The notes: generated from the letters alone by a model not told the origin. A stretch of 64,000 nucleotides of DNA from Oligoflexales bacterium (GCA_041736175.1 JBGSUI010000059.1:1-64000); one strand, 5' to 3'; positions 9,788 to 20,305 are shown, numbered from the stretch's first letter. Program-made: numbers and translations.

Positions 9788-10795
9788 ATGCTCAAACATA
9801 GTGTTTCAAAAACCTCTCCCTTCACGTTAGTGGAAACCGAAGATGGAATCCATTTAAACGATTCAATCCTTTGGTTTGACGCTAAAAATCGCCTTGAACT
9901 CTCCTTTGTCTCCTCTGCCTCGTCGGCCCGGGGCAAAGTCATCAAACAGGCTATTGCGACAGATGAAACCATCAGACTTCTAGACTGTTTAAACTTAAAA
10001 ACCTCTGCTTTAAAGTGCCAGTACAATCGACCCTTCACCATCGGCAGGCTCAAGATGGAGCTGCTTCCGTCGGGGTCGATCCTCGGCGGAGCCTCTCTTT
10101 ATCTCGAAACCGATCGAGGAAAGCTTCTTTACGCCCCGGAAACCATGCTCCAACGGGTGACCACTGCTCGCCAGCTTCAGCTAAAAAAGGCCCAAACCCT
10201 CGTCATTCAAGCGGCCCATAGTGATCCTCGACTGAGTTTTCCTCAACGTCGCCGTGAGAAAGAACGGTTTCTCGAAACCGCCCTCGCCTTTGTCGCCAAG
10301 GGCGAATACCCCATTGTCCTTTGCGATCCCTTTTCGACCGCTCCCGAAATCACCCAACTCCTCGCCAATGCGGGGATCCCTATCGCCGTCCATGACCTTA
10401 TCTATCGGGTCAACCGCGTTTATGAGTCTTGTGGACCAAAGTTAGGCAACTATACTAAGTTTTCAAAACATACCAAAAACAAAGTTATCATCTTTCCCAT
10501 GGATGCTCAGCTGGGATTCAATCTGCGCTCACCCCTTCCTGATCGTCCAACCTTTGTGATCGAACGCAGCCATGATGAATACTTTCCCTTGATCCGACTG
10601 TTTCGAACCGTGACCAACCGGTTTAAACTCCCCGTCAATAGCGATGGTCCCGAGCTAGAACAGATCGTCACCCAGGTAAACCCTAAGGAGCTCCTTATCT
10701 TTGGCCCCTATGCCAAATCCTACGCACTTCACCTAAGCGGCATCTGTCCGATCGTCCAAGCAATTTATCCCAATGACCAACCGACCCTTCTTTAA
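9788..10795 (+). CDS. MBL-fold exonuclease-like protein with degenerate metal ligands
   Basis: GIHLNDSILWFDA, LSFVSSASSAR and ELLPSGSILGGASLY follow the pattern of beta-lactamase-fold exonucleases but lack the histidines. Confidence 0.7.
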   Translation: MLKHSVSKTSPFTLVETEDGIHLNDSILWFDAKNRLELSFVSSASSARGKVIKQAIATDETIRLLDCLNLKTSALKCQYNRPFTIGRLKMELLPSGSILGGASLYLETDRGKLLYAPETMLQRVTTARQLQLKKAQTLVIQAAHSDPRLSFPQRRREKERFLETALAFVAKGEYPIVLCDPFSTAPEITQLLANAGIPIAVHDLIYRVNRVYESCGPKLGNYTKFSKHTKNKVIIFPMDAQLGFNLRSPLPDRPTFVIERSHDEYFPLIRLFRTVTNRFKLPVNSDGPELEQIVTQVNPKELLIFGPYAKSYALHLSGICPIVQAIYPNDQPTLL

Positions 10796-11023
10796 TCAAG
10801 TCAACCTAATCGTTACAGATAAACAGATGCCCAAATTTTAGACAGCCGCCCAAGTCCAAAACAGCTCCATCTGATTTAAAAATCCCCCAGTTTTCCCTAT
10901 ATCACCGAAATCTTTACCCCTAAGGCTCCTGACTGCATCAAGGTCCCCCTTTTTGCATAGGTGTCTTGTGGGTGAAGTTTTTCTAAATGTTGTCGCTGAC
11001 TGTTGCCATTGAGTTGTCCATCC

Positions 11024-11365
11024 ATGCAAAAAAAATCCCTAGAAGACTTAACCGAGGTCTTTTATCCCCAGGTCGCCTTACCACCTTTGTGGCAGGTCAT
11101 TTACCATGAAGCTATGCGTGGTCATCATTTGCTTTTCCGTAAAGCTTTGGTTTCTGCCCCTTCAGACGCTACCTATCATCTCGAAAAAGAAGAGCAACAA
11201 GACCATCTTGTGCAGATCGTTATAGATATCTTAAACTGCCATGACCTCAAATCGATGGCCGCTATTATTGATGGTCTTCCAATAGCACTTTACCAAAAAA
11301 TATATTTAGTCTATCTCAAGCTTTTGGATTGGAGCCGGGACTACGTGAGACAACAGCTTAATTGA
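11024..11365 (+). CDS. Hypothetical protein
   Basis: Helical 113-aa ORF upstream of ftsK. Confidence 0.65.
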   Translation: MQKKSLEDLTEVFYPQVALPPLWQVIYHEAMRGHHLLFRKALVSAPSDATYHLEKEEQQDHLVQIVIDILNCHDLKSMAAIIDGLPIALYQKIYLVYLKLLDWSRDYVRQQLN

Positions 11366-11440
11366 CTTTGTGAGATCCCTGACTAAATGGGTTATACTTT
11401 CTATCAGGTTCAGCCCTCGTGACGATGGAAATCGACCCTT

Positions 11441-13705
11441 ATGGGAAAAGTCAAACCAAAGCCAGTTTCTCAGAGGAACTCTTCCTCTCCTTCATTACAA
11501 GCACTTTTCGATTTTTTTAGATTTTTACGGACGACCCCAGCCATGCGCCCCTTCTGGATCTGGGGCTCTATCGCCCTTGCGATCTATTATTGGCTCGCAC
11601 TCGCCACCCACAATCCTCTTGACCCTTCTCCAACAACTGTCGTCTATCCCGCTGTCGATGGGACTCAAAACAAATCCGGTTTATTTGGCGCCTACATCAG
11701 TGGAATCGCCCTCTATTGGTGGGGACTTATCGCTTGGCTGATGCCGTTACCCGGTCTTTGGGGAATCGCGCACCTGATACCGAGCCTTTCTAAAGCCGCG
11801 CCCCGAATCTCGCAGACCGTTGGTTTAGGGCTTTTTATAGGTCTCCTGATCATCACGGGAGACAAGATAATCCCCGTTTTCCAAATTGGTATCTATTCAC
11901 TTCCTTCCACTGGAGTCTGGGGAGAGCTTGTCAGCCCGGTTTTTCACCGCCTCTTTGGACCGATGGGTACTAAAATAATCCTAAGCTTTTGGTTTGTATT
12001 GAGCTTGAGCCTACTATCCAATATGCAAGGCTCAAGACTTTTTAATTACGGGTTAAATTGGCTTAAGTCCCAACGATCCCCAAAAGTCCCCAAATCACAA
12101 TTCCATCAATCTCCTCTTCCCCCACCCTCGGAACCCATCTTTGAACCTTCAGTGATCGTTCCAGGGTCATACCCCATCGAGATGGACTCAGTCCCCCCAC
12201 CACAAAAGATTGCCTATGCGCCACCGCCGCTCTCTGTTCTGCTAAAAACCGAACCACCTTCGCCGGCGCAGTCTAAATCCCACACCAACGAAGTCGAACA
12301 CCTCTCAAGTGTTTTGGCAAAAACCCTGCAAGATTTTGGCGTCGAAGGCCAAATCTTAGGCTATCAGTCGGGACCAGTGGTAACTGTGTTAGAATTTCAA
12401 ACCGAACCTGGTACTAAACAGTCCAAAGTTATGGGATTAGCCGACGACTTGGCATTAGCCCTCAAAGTTGACTCGATTCTGATACAGCCCCTGAAAAACA
12501 AAAGTGCCCTTGGAATCCAAATCCCTCACTCCAAACGAGAAAAAGTCTGCCTCGGAGACATCATAAATAACCGAATTTTTAATGAGAGCGTCTCTCCTTT
12601 GACCTTTGGGCTTGGTAAAACCATCCATGGCGAGCCCACCGTGGCTGATCTAGCATCCATGCCCCACCTACTGATCGCCGGTTCTACGGGTTCTGGCAAA
12701 TCTGTCGGAGTCAACGGGATGCTGTGTTCGATCATCATGAAAAGCCCTCCCGAAAAAGTCAAAATGATCCTTGTTGATCCGAAGATGCTCGAACTCTCTG
12801 TCTACGAAGGGATCCCCCACCTGCTTATGCCCGTGATCACCGATCCCCATAAAGCCTCACTCGCCCTTAAATGGGCCATCTTGGAGATGGAACGTCGGTA
12901 TAAGATCATGCAACTCTGCAGCGTCCGAAATATTGACGGCTTTAACGAGGCCTGGCCTAAAATGTCTTCGGATCGGCAAAACCAAATCCTGCAGACGCTC
13001 CAAGAGGAGCATCAAATAAGCTTCGAATCCCGTCCCCTAGGGATCCTACCCTATCTGATGATCGTGATCGATGAGCTTGCGGACCTTATGATCACCGCGC
13101 CAAAAGATGTGGAGGTTAGTATCCAACGTCTCGCCCAAAAAGCCCGGGCCAGCGGGATCCATATGGTGCTTGCGACCCAGCGTCCCTCTGTCGATATCAT
13201 CACCGGTGTGATTAAGGCCAATCTCCCTTGTAGGATTGCCTACCAAGTGGTGAGTAAACACGATAGCCGCACGATCCTCGACGCGGTGGGAGCGGAAAAA
13301 CTGTTAGGCCGGGGTGACCTCCTATTTCAAAAACCCGGGACTTCCCGGCTTGAACGCCTCCAAGGGGCTCTGATCACCGACGACGAGGTCATCAATCTTG
13401 TTGGAGAACTCAAACGCATTGGCCAAAAACCCCAATACCACGAAGAAGCGATCCAATGGATCGAGGAGCACCATGCAAGCCAGTCCGGCAACGACAGTGG
13501 ATCTCCCCTAGAAAACATCAACGAAGACTCTAAATACCATGAGGCCCTCCAAATCGCCCAGGGTCAGGGTTTTATCAGCGCTAGTTTCCTACAAAGACAG
13601 TTGAAAATCGGGTATAACCGCGCTGCTCGCATGGTCGAAACCATGGAGAAGCAGGGTCTTATCGAAAAAGCCGATGGTGTAAAACCCCGCAAGTGGCTGG
13701 CTTAG
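11441..13705 (+). CDS. ftsK: DNA translocase FtsK
   Basis: 4TM N-terminus, MPHLLIAGSTGSGKS, IDELADLM, LATQRPS, and the gamma domain LQRQLKIGYNRAAR. Confidence 0.97.
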   Translation: MGKVKPKPVSQRNSSSPSLQALFDFFRFLRTTPAMRPFWIWGSIALAIYYWLALATHNPLDPSPTTVVYPAVDGTQNKSGLFGAYISGIALYWWGLIAWLMPLPGLWGIAHLIPSLSKAAPRISQTVGLGLFIGLLIITGDKIIPVFQIGIYSLPSTGVWGELVSPVFHRLFGPMGTKIILSFWFVLSLSLLSNMQGSRLFNYGLNWLKSQRSPKVPKSQFHQSPLPPPSEPIFEPSVIVPGSYPIEMDSVPPPQKIAYAPPPLSVLLKTEPPSPAQSKSHTNEVEHLSSVLAKTLQDFGVEGQILGYQSGPVVTVLEFQTEPGTKQSKVMGLADDLALALKVDSILIQPLKNKSALGIQIPHSKREKVCLGDIINNRIFNESVSPLTFGLGKTIHGEPTVADLASMPHLLIAGSTGSGKSVGVNGMLCSIIMKSPPEKVKMILVDPKMLELSVYEGIPHLLMPVITDPHKASLALKWAILEMERRYKIMQLCSVRNIDGFNEAWPKMSSDRQNQILQTLQEEHQISFESRPLGILPYLMIVIDELADLMITAPKDVEVSIQRLAQKARASGIHMVLATQRPSVDIITGVIKANLPCRIAYQVVSKHDSRTILDAVGAEKLLGRGDLLFQKPGTSRLERLQGALITDDEVINLVGELKRIGQKPQYHEEAIQWIEEHHASQSGNDSGSPLENINEDSKYHEALQIAQGQGFISASFLQRQLKIGYNRAARMVETMEKQGLIEKADGVKPRKWLA

Positions 13706-14793
13706 CGGATACTCTGTTCCAGTTGGAGACCCATCGTTTCCCAGGAAAAAAGCCGTTGTGCCAATTGACTTCGATTGATTTTTGCAGCCACATCTTCATG
13801 ATGGCTCTGGATAACCAGCCTTTCTAAGAGCCCTGCTGCGGCGTGATGATCCATTCCTTTATAAGATTTCCCAAAAGACCCTTCAATAAGCACCTCTTCC
13901 AGCGACCCCACTCCTGATACCAACACAGGAGTGCCGCACAACAGAAATTCCTCCGCCACGCGGCAGATCACTTCGGAGTCGAGGCTTGAAATCAGTCCCA
14001 GATCCGCCCCCGAAAGACAGGCGGGGATATCTGCTATCCTTTCCGTCGTCAAAAGCACGTGTTTGCCTTCAATCAAATTGTGTTTGGCAATGAGTCGGCT
14101 GATATCCTCCCGACTTAGATTGGCTGGCTCGCCTATGATATGGAGAATAGGGTGGGGTCCCTGGCTTGCCTTCCACCCTTTGACAAGCTCTGTAAAAATC
14201 GCCAAAGCCTGGTCATGGCCTTTGACCGGATCGAGCCGACCCAACAGGACCATACTTGGAGCATGGTTTTTAGCGACTTCACCTACAAACCGATAGGTAT
14301 GGGTGGGACAACCAAGGATCACCCGCTCACAGGAAATATGAGGGGCCAAGGCCCTATGTTTTTGCTGCATCTTAAGGCTTGGGACCACCACCTTTGAAAC
14401 AAATCGGTGGGAGATCCGATATTTAAATCGAGAAAAAACCCCCTTTTCTTCGATATTCTGGCCCCTAAACCTTACAATTTTACCTTGCCATAATCCTGAT
14501 GCCCGCAAAAGGCTGATAAGGCTGAGTTCCGGGCCTCCATAACAGATCACCACTTGTGGATTGTGATGCCTGAGAATTTTGCTGAGTTTCCCGAGGTGCT
14601 TTAATCCAAAAGAAGGCAAGCTTGAGGTGACAAGGCCTTGGCCCGTTAAGCGGCGTTCTGCTGGGGAGCCTATGATAGGGCAAAAGATCTGTTCGCCACC
14701 ACGCAGCTTAAGACTATGGGCGGCACTTAGAGCGTATTCCGTAATGGCGCTATTCCAGCGGTTAGATAAGAGATGTAATATTTTCAAGAGCAC
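13702..14793 (-). CDS. Glycosyltransferase family 4 (GT-B)
   Basis: GRLDPVKGH; SEVICRVAEEFLLCGTPV. Confidence 0.85.
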   Translation of the reverse strand: MLLKILHLLSNRWNSAITEYALSAAHSLKLRGGEQIFCPIIGSPAERRLTGQGLVTSSLPSFGLKHLGKLSKILRHHNPQVVICYGGPELSLISLLRASGLWQGKIVRFRGQNIEEKGVFSRFKYRISHRFVSKVVVPSLKMQQKHRALAPHISCERVILGCPTHTYRFVGEVAKNHAPSMVLLGRLDPVKGHDQALAIFTELVKGWKASQGPHPILHIIGEPANLSREDISRLIAKHNLIEGKHVLLTTERIADIPACLSGADLGLISSLDSEVICRVAEEFLLCGTPVLVSGVGSLEEVLIEGSFGKSYKGMDHHAAAGLLERLVIQSHHEDVAAKINRSQLAQRLFSWETMGLQLEQSIR

Positions 14794-14810
14794 CTACCAT
14801 GTGCATTAAA

Positions 14811-15599
14811 TCAATCTTTTTGTGTAACAATTATTTCTCGTAACTTCGAATACTTGATAAAACCATAGACGCTACTCACCAAAGCATAGACATAACCAGG
14901 GTATCCGTCTAAAAATCCGCCTTTTAAAAAATACCTTACCAAAAAATCCCACCAAGGTCGCATCACATGGACCAGAAAAGGGGGCATGGGATCCTTGTTG
15001 TTAAAGTGCTCCAGAGCTATTTGGTCGGTATACCTGTTAAAACGTTCAAAGTAGTCCCTTAGGTTTTTGTAACTATAGTGCAGCACGACCGCTCGGGATG
15101 GAAGTTTGTGGACTGGGATCGATGGCTGCAGGCTGAGTTTTTCGTGGATGGTGCCCACAAAATGGCCGCTCTCTCTGGGGAAAAGTCGAACCGGATGGTC
15201 GCTGGTCCTGCCGTGCTTCATCACCCGTCCCATAAAGACCAGTTGCCGATTGATGCGGTAAGCTGCGGGCTGTCCTTTTAGGATCAAAGCCTCTATGACC
15301 TGCCGACAGGCTGGCAGGAGCTCTTCGTCCGCATCGAGGGACAACACCCAAGACCTCGTAGCCAAGGAAAGAGCTGCATTTTTTTGGTTGGCGTAATTGT
15401 CAAAAGTCCGCTGCTCAACCCGTGCCTGCATCGATCGCGCAAGGGAGACCGTATCGTCCTGGCTTCCGGAATCAAGCACGATGAGTTCGCACCCTTTAGG
15501 CAGACTCCCTAAACAGCGCTTAATATTGGCTGCTTCATTAAGGGTGATCACGACGACGGATAGGTCAATCCTAGGTTCTTGCAAAGGTTCTAATGCCAT
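14811..15599 (-). CDS. Glycosyltransferase family 2 (WaaE/KdtX-like, LPS core)
   Basis: VVITLNEAANI, DSGSQDDT, LDADE, GFLDGYPG. Confidence 0.92.
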   Translation of the reverse strand: MALEPLQEPRIDLSVVVITLNEAANIKRCLGSLPKGCELIVLDSGSQDDTVSLARSMQARVEQRTFDNYANQKNAALSLATRSWVLSLDADEELLPACRQVIEALILKGQPAAYRINRQLVFMGRVMKHGRTSDHPVRLFPRESGHFVGTIHEKLSLQPSIPVHKLPSRAVVLHYSYKNLRDYFERFNRYTDQIALEHFNNKDPMPPFLVHVMRPWWDFLVRYFLKGGFLDGYPGYVYALVSSVYGFIKYSKLREIIVTQKD

Positions 15600-15772
15600 G
15601 GTGGGGGGTCCTTACCATAGGTTAAACTCCTAGCCTAGCTCCACCTGGTATTTCGCACCAGCAAATCTATCCAGTTAGTCTCTCCTTTAACAAAGCTGAC
15701 GGCTTGACGTTGCCCAATGTACCCGATACACTAAAAGCTGACTCTTATGTGTATAGAGGGAAAACGCCCAAT

Positions 15773-15961
15773 ATGAGAACAAATGTCGTCCTAGATGAAA
15801 AAAAGGTGAAGGCCGCGAAGCGAGCATTCGACATCGCGACGACCAAGGACCTGCTAGATTTTGCTCTTTCCGAACTTTTGCGCGCTCACAGTCGCAAAGG
15901 TATTTTGGCCCTCAAGGGCAAAGTAAAGATCGACATCGACCAATCTCGTGAGACTGGCTGA
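15773..15961 (+). CDS. vapB: VapB-family antitoxin
   Basis: MRTNVVLDEKKV...TTKDLLDFALSEL; coupled to vapC. Confidence 0.85.
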   Translation: MRTNVVLDEKKVKAAKRAFDIATTKDLLDFALSELLRAHSRKGILALKGKVKIDIDQSRETG

Positions 15962-16362
15962 TGCAGCTCGTCGATACCAGCGTTTGGATCTCATTTTTTA
16001 ACAACGCTAAGAGTCCCGCCGCTGGCTATATTGAGGCTGAACTCCTTTCAAATCAATCACTCTGTATCAATGCCGTGATCGAAATGGAAATATTGCAGGG
16101 CATTAGGGACGAGCGCTCTTATAACTTAACGAGGCATTATCTAGAAGCCTTCCAATATTTTCCAGACCTATCACGACGCTATTTCCAAGAGGCCACCAAC
16201 ATTTACCGTGCCTGCCATCGGCGAGGTCAATCCATTCGGCGCTCACTTGACTGCCTCATTGCGGCCAATGCGCTAATCGACAACTTGATCATAGTTCACC
16301 AAGATCGTGACTTCGACGCGATCAAAAAGGTGTTCCCACAACTGGCGATGATCCGGATTTGA
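15961..16362 (+). CDS. vapC: VapC PIN-domain toxin
   Basis: LVDTSVWI, EILQG, DCLIAA, DRDF. Confidence 0.93.
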   Translation: MQLVDTSVWISFFNNAKSPAAGYIEAELLSNQSLCINAVIEMEILQGIRDERSYNLTRHYLEAFQYFPDLSRRYFQEATNIYRACHRRGQSIRRSLDCLIAANALIDNLIIVHQDRDFDAIKKVFPQLAMIRI

Positions 16363-16438
16363 TGCACACTAACAATTTCCACCACCAAGCCCCCCTTACA
16401 AATCGAGACCTAATCACATTAAATTAAGGAAAAACACG

Positions 16439-16804
16439 ATGTTTATGGGTAAAATTTCTGTGATCATTGTCTTAAATTTGGGCGGATTCCTCGTGGCCCC
16501 GGCTTTTGCAAAAGAGCAGACTTCTACCTCCACAGGAGTTAAGTCAAAAACCGTTCAAACAAAAAAGGTCGAAAAGCCCCAGAAAGTCACCATCGGAACC
16601 ATCCTCTCTGCAGAGTGGGGAGATTTGCCCCATTGTGAATTTAAAGAGAAAGCCACCGGCAAGCTGTTAGATTTGTATGCCGAAGTGGAACTTTGCCAGT
16701 CTCTAAAAGGCAAGGAGATTACAGTAACTTATATTGAAGACTCGATTTTTGTTGAGGGCGCTGGGCAAAATATTCCCATACTAAAAGTGATTAATTTTAA
16801 ATAA
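16439..16804 (+). CDS. Secreted hypothetical protein
   Basis: AAGGA RBS and a signal peptide ending in AFA. Confidence 0.7.
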   Translation: MFMGKISVIIVLNLGGFLVAPAFAKEQTSTSTGVKSKTVQTKKVEKPQKVTIGTILSAEWGDLPHCEFKEKATGKLLDLYAEVELCQSLKGKEITVTYIEDSIFVEGAGQNIPILKVINFK

Positions 16805-16835
16805 GTTTAGGAAATCATGGTACCAAAGCAGTACT

Positions 16836-17258
16836 TCACGCTGCTCTAGGCATCTTTAGCGACAACCTCTTTGGAGTTGAATCGCGTGCAACTAATTCAG
16901 ACCACTTGCCACCTAATTCGATTGCAAGCTGCTCGGCGCAAAATGCGCGCACCGCTGCTTCATTCACCCGAGACAGGCGCTTCCTAGGGACCTTTTCCCA
17001 TTTCATAACCCCAGCTGCAGAAAGCCCAAGCTCTTTACCCCAGGCACTTAAAGTCATGCCAAGAGATTTACGGAGAAATATGACTTCGGCACCGCGAATA
17101 GGCACACGTGCCTCAATAATCTTAACAGCTATCGCACGGTCAATCACTCTTGGAGGCAAGTCTATGTACTCCTCGCCATCCCTGGTCTTCAAAGTGGGCA
17201 CAATGATATATATGTAACTGAGTCCACACATTTGATAATGAATTGTTCTAAACTCCAT
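16836..17258 (-). CDS. HTH antitoxin-like protein (MqsA-like arrangement)
   Basis: GAEVIFLRKSLGMTLSAWGKELGLSAAGVMKWE. Confidence 0.75.
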   Translation of the reverse strand: MEFRTIHYQMCGLSYIYIIVPTLKTRDGEEYIDLPPRVIDRAIAVKIIEARVPIRGAEVIFLRKSLGMTLSAWGKELGLSAAGVMKWEKVPRKRLSRVNEAAVRAFCAEQLAIELGGKWSELVARDSTPKRLSLKMPRAA

Positions 17259-17267
17259 GATGATTTC

Positions 17268-17522
17268 CTAATACAACGTCACGATTATAACATGATCGCG
17301 AACATCGCAAATAACAGTCAGTTTGAGATTATCTATATCCTTGCCAACGACCTTCCAATTTTCTTTACCTGGCTGAAAGACTACTCTTGTGGCCGTCTTA
17401 CCGCAGGCCATTATATCGCGCTCTGTTAAGAAACGGTCGTCGCAACGCATGGCAGCATGAATAGAGAGCCGAAATTCACCTGCTCCTAATTTTTGTTTTA
17501 GCCACCTGCCGAAACCATCCAC
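17268..17522 (-). CDS. DUF4258-family putative toxin
   Basis: FRLSIHAAMRCDDR...VIIVTLY; lies upstream of the HTH gene. Confidence 0.75.
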   Translation of the reverse strand: MDGFGRWLKQKLGAGEFRLSIHAAMRCDDRFLTERDIMACGKTATRVVFQPGKENWKVVGKDIDNLKLTVICDVRDHVIIVTLY

Positions 17523-17621
17523 TTAACACTTCCTAACTGTAGGTCCCTCGCTATTTTTAATATAGTCAAAGCCATTAATAAAGTAAATGAAGATCTATCC
17601 GATCGCAAAAAAAGAGGGGCC

Positions 17622-17759
17622 GCTGATCCTCTGGTCTATGACTCGAGGAGGTCTAAACATTTAAAATGCTTGGAGTCGACCCGACCCTTGGTCAAGGTAG
17701 CTTAAATAGGTTATAAGATAGTCGCCTAGGAGCGCTCCTAGGCTTAAAAACTTACAAAA
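17622..17759 (+). repeat. 138-bp structured direct repeat, copy 1
   Basis: Aligns without gaps to 27460-27597 (107/138 identical by hand count). Contains the perfect palindrome GCCTAGGAGCGCTCCTAGGC at 17724-17743. Confidence 0.9.
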
Positions 17760-17775
17760 CTCAAGAGCAACCTCT

Positions 17776-19398
17776 ATGGATAAATTTTTTAACACTGCTG
17801 GACCCATCCGAGAAGATGATCACTATTTTATTCCCGTCTCCCATAGGATTAAACTTGACGATATTCTATCTCTGATTGATCAAAAAAAATACTTTGTCCT
17901 CCATGCGCCCCGACAAAATGGCAAAACCACCACACTCTTAGAACTCTGCTCAAGACTCAACCAAAGTGGCAAATATTGCTGCTTATACATCAATATCGAA
18001 GGCGCTCAAGCTGCCCGAGAAAATATTCGTGAGGGTATGGAGGCTATCTTAGCTGAGCTTGCTTTAAGGGAGTTTTCCATCCTTGGGACAAGCTTTATAA
18101 AAGAGCAAAAACAGGCTGTCCTGAGAAGCTCTACCCTCCAAGCCCTCAGAGAAATCCTGACCCTTTGGACCAGACAATCGCAGCGACCAACCGTTCTTTT
18201 GATAGACGAAATCGACTCTCTCGTGGGTGACACCCTGGTCTCTGTGCTACGCCAGCTCCGCACTGGCTACGACCAAAGACCAAAGCACTTCCCCCAGAGC
18301 GTCATCCTCTGCGGCGTCCGCGATGTCAGGGACTACCGCATCCACGCCTCCTCCGAAAAAGAACCCGTCACTGGTGGGAGTTGTTTTAACGTCAATTCCA
18401 AATCCCTTACTGTGGGGCCTTTTAGCCGCAAGGAAATCTTTGACCTCTACGGGCAGCATACCGAGGCGACGGGCCAAGCTTTTACCGACGACGCTATCAA
18501 CCTAGCCTTTGATCTCACGAGTGGCCAGCCATGGCTGGTGAATGCCCTGGCCTATGAAACCTGTTTTGAAAACCCCCTTGGCAAAGACCGCAGCCACACC
18601 ATCACCGCAGACATGATCGTGGCCGCTAAGGAGTCTTTGATCATTAGGCGCGTTACCCATCTTGATCAGTTGGCTGATAAACTTAAGGAGCCTCGGGTAA
18701 GATCGGTGATAGAGCCTATGCTGAGGGGAGACCTACCACTCACAATGCTGCAAGAAAATCTAGAATACTGCACAGACCTTGGCCTCGTGGCAAAAACATC
18801 GTCTGGCTTAAAAATTGCAAACCCCATCTATCACGAAGTCATCCCTCGGCAGTTGACTTATATCAACCAAACTCTTTTGGATTCTGTCGTCACACGCCAG
18901 TGGTACATCAATCCCGATGGATCCATCGCCATCGAAAAACTCCTTGAGGATTTTCAAAAGTTCTTTCGCGAGAACAGTGAGTCATGGATTGAGCGTTTTG
19001 ACTATAAAGAAGCTGGCCCCCAGCTCCTGCTCCAGGCCTATCTCCAAAGGGTCGTCAACGGCGGGGGGCGCATCGACCGGGAGTATGGCCTCGGGCGAGG
19101 ACGCACGGATATACTCCTCACCTGGCCCTATGGACTAGGTGAGAAGGCTTCAAAAACCAAAGGGGCTAAAAAGGGTGGCGTGCAAAAGGTGGTCTTCGAA
19201 CTTAAAATACTCTATGGCACCAAGAAAAAAACTCTGACTGAGGGGCTCGAACAAACGAAAAGGTATCTTGACCAAGTAGGTCACGATGAAGGTCATCTCT
19301 TGATCTTTAACCGCAATAAAAAAGTCCCTTGGGGTAAGAAAATCTACCGTGAAACCCATCGCACCAAACACCACAAGATTACGGTATGGGGGATGTAA
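17776..19398 (+). CDS. AAA-like ATPase with a C-terminal PD-(D/E)XK-like domain
   Basis: FFNTAGP, HAPRQNGKTT, LLIDEID; REYGLGRGRTDI...VFELK. Confidence 0.88.
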   Translation: MDKFFNTAGPIREDDHYFIPVSHRIKLDDILSLIDQKKYFVLHAPRQNGKTTTLLELCSRLNQSGKYCCLYINIEGAQAARENIREGMEAILAELALREFSILGTSFIKEQKQAVLRSSTLQALREILTLWTRQSQRPTVLLIDEIDSLVGDTLVSVLRQLRTGYDQRPKHFPQSVILCGVRDVRDYRIHASSEKEPVTGGSCFNVNSKSLTVGPFSRKEIFDLYGQHTEATGQAFTDDAINLAFDLTSGQPWLVNALAYETCFENPLGKDRSHTITADMIVAAKESLIIRRVTHLDQLADKLKEPRVRSVIEPMLRGDLPLTMLQENLEYCTDLGLVAKTSSGLKIANPIYHEVIPRQLTYINQTLLDSVVTRQWYINPDGSIAIEKLLEDFQKFFRENSESWIERFDYKEAGPQLLLQAYLQRVVNGGGRIDREYGLGRGRTDILLTWPYGLGEKASKTKGAKKGGVQKVVFELKILYGTKKKTLTEGLEQTKRYLDQVGHDEGHLLIFNRNKKVPWGKKIYRETHRTKHHKITVWGM

Positions 19399-19525
19399 TG
19401 GCCCTGAGTCCAGGCGCACTTCCTTGATCATGGGTTCTGGCTGAAATCCGATGGCTCCCATATTTGTCATGTAAGTTCGAGACCGGGTACCAGCGAGGAG
19501 GAATCCCGAGCATAGCCAAACAGTG

Positions 19526-19828
19526 TCATTCTTGGTCACCCGCGGTCTTTTCCAGATATTTGGCAATGTGTTCTGAACAGATTAAACGCACCATCGTCTG
19601 ATAGCCGACACCTCTTTTATTCCCTGCTTCCTGGAGCTTAATTATAAGCTCGTCAGACATGACGACATTAAACTTTCTTCCAAGTTTTGGTCGGCCGCGC
19701 CGTTCAGAGGCTTTAATCAGCACAGGATTAGGTAAAGTATCCAGCTGACCAAAATCCGCTTCTTCAAACTCCTTGTCAAAAAGTTCGTTGTCATCGGCAC
19801 TGTTCGAATCGCTTTTTTTCTGCATCAC
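19526..19828 (-). CDS. BrnA/CopG-like antitoxin
   Basis: RRGRPK...IKLQEAGNKRGVGYQTMVR. Confidence 0.75.
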   Translation of the reverse strand: MMQKKSDSNSADDNELFDKEFEEADFGQLDTLPNPVLIKASERRGRPKLGRKFNVVMSDELIIKLQEAGNKRGVGYQTMVRLICSEHIAKYLEKTAGDQE

Positions 19829-19860
19829 GTGATCTTCTACACGAAATGGGGCGTAACCAG
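19791..19860 (-). pseudogene. C-terminal remnant of a BrnT-like toxin
   Basis: A frame overlapping the antitoxin start reads WLRPISCRRSRDAEKKRFEQCR*, like the BrnT RIISAR..E...Y terminus. No recognisable N-terminus. Confidence 0.5.
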
Positions 19861-20305
19861 CTTCTGTGCAACCATTTGACGACGTCCTCTGCGGCTTTCA
19901 GCTGAATTTTCTCGTCATCCTTATCGGCAATATTAACAGATACCTTTAATATACCCTAAATTTATTTCGCTCGAAAGGGAAACAATGCCCTTTCCGTACA
20001 GGTTTTTCCGAACACAATTTCTTCAATATTTTCAGCCAGTCGTGACCAAGTCCTAAAACTTTAGTCAAAAAAATGAGTCTTTTTAGAGACAAGGAAGAAC
20101 CTACTCGCCCTGGCTCGAAACTCCTCCCGGTAAAAAACAAAACATGCCGTCTCGTTGCCGTCGTTAATCACCCCCCATAACATCCTAGAAACTCTCAAAA
20201 TTTGACCCCCTTGTTAATTCAAATCCAAAACGACCGATGATGTTGAAAACAACGGGGCACAGTTAACCCCCCCAACTTCCACCTCTATGAGAAGGACCGA
20301 TCAAG

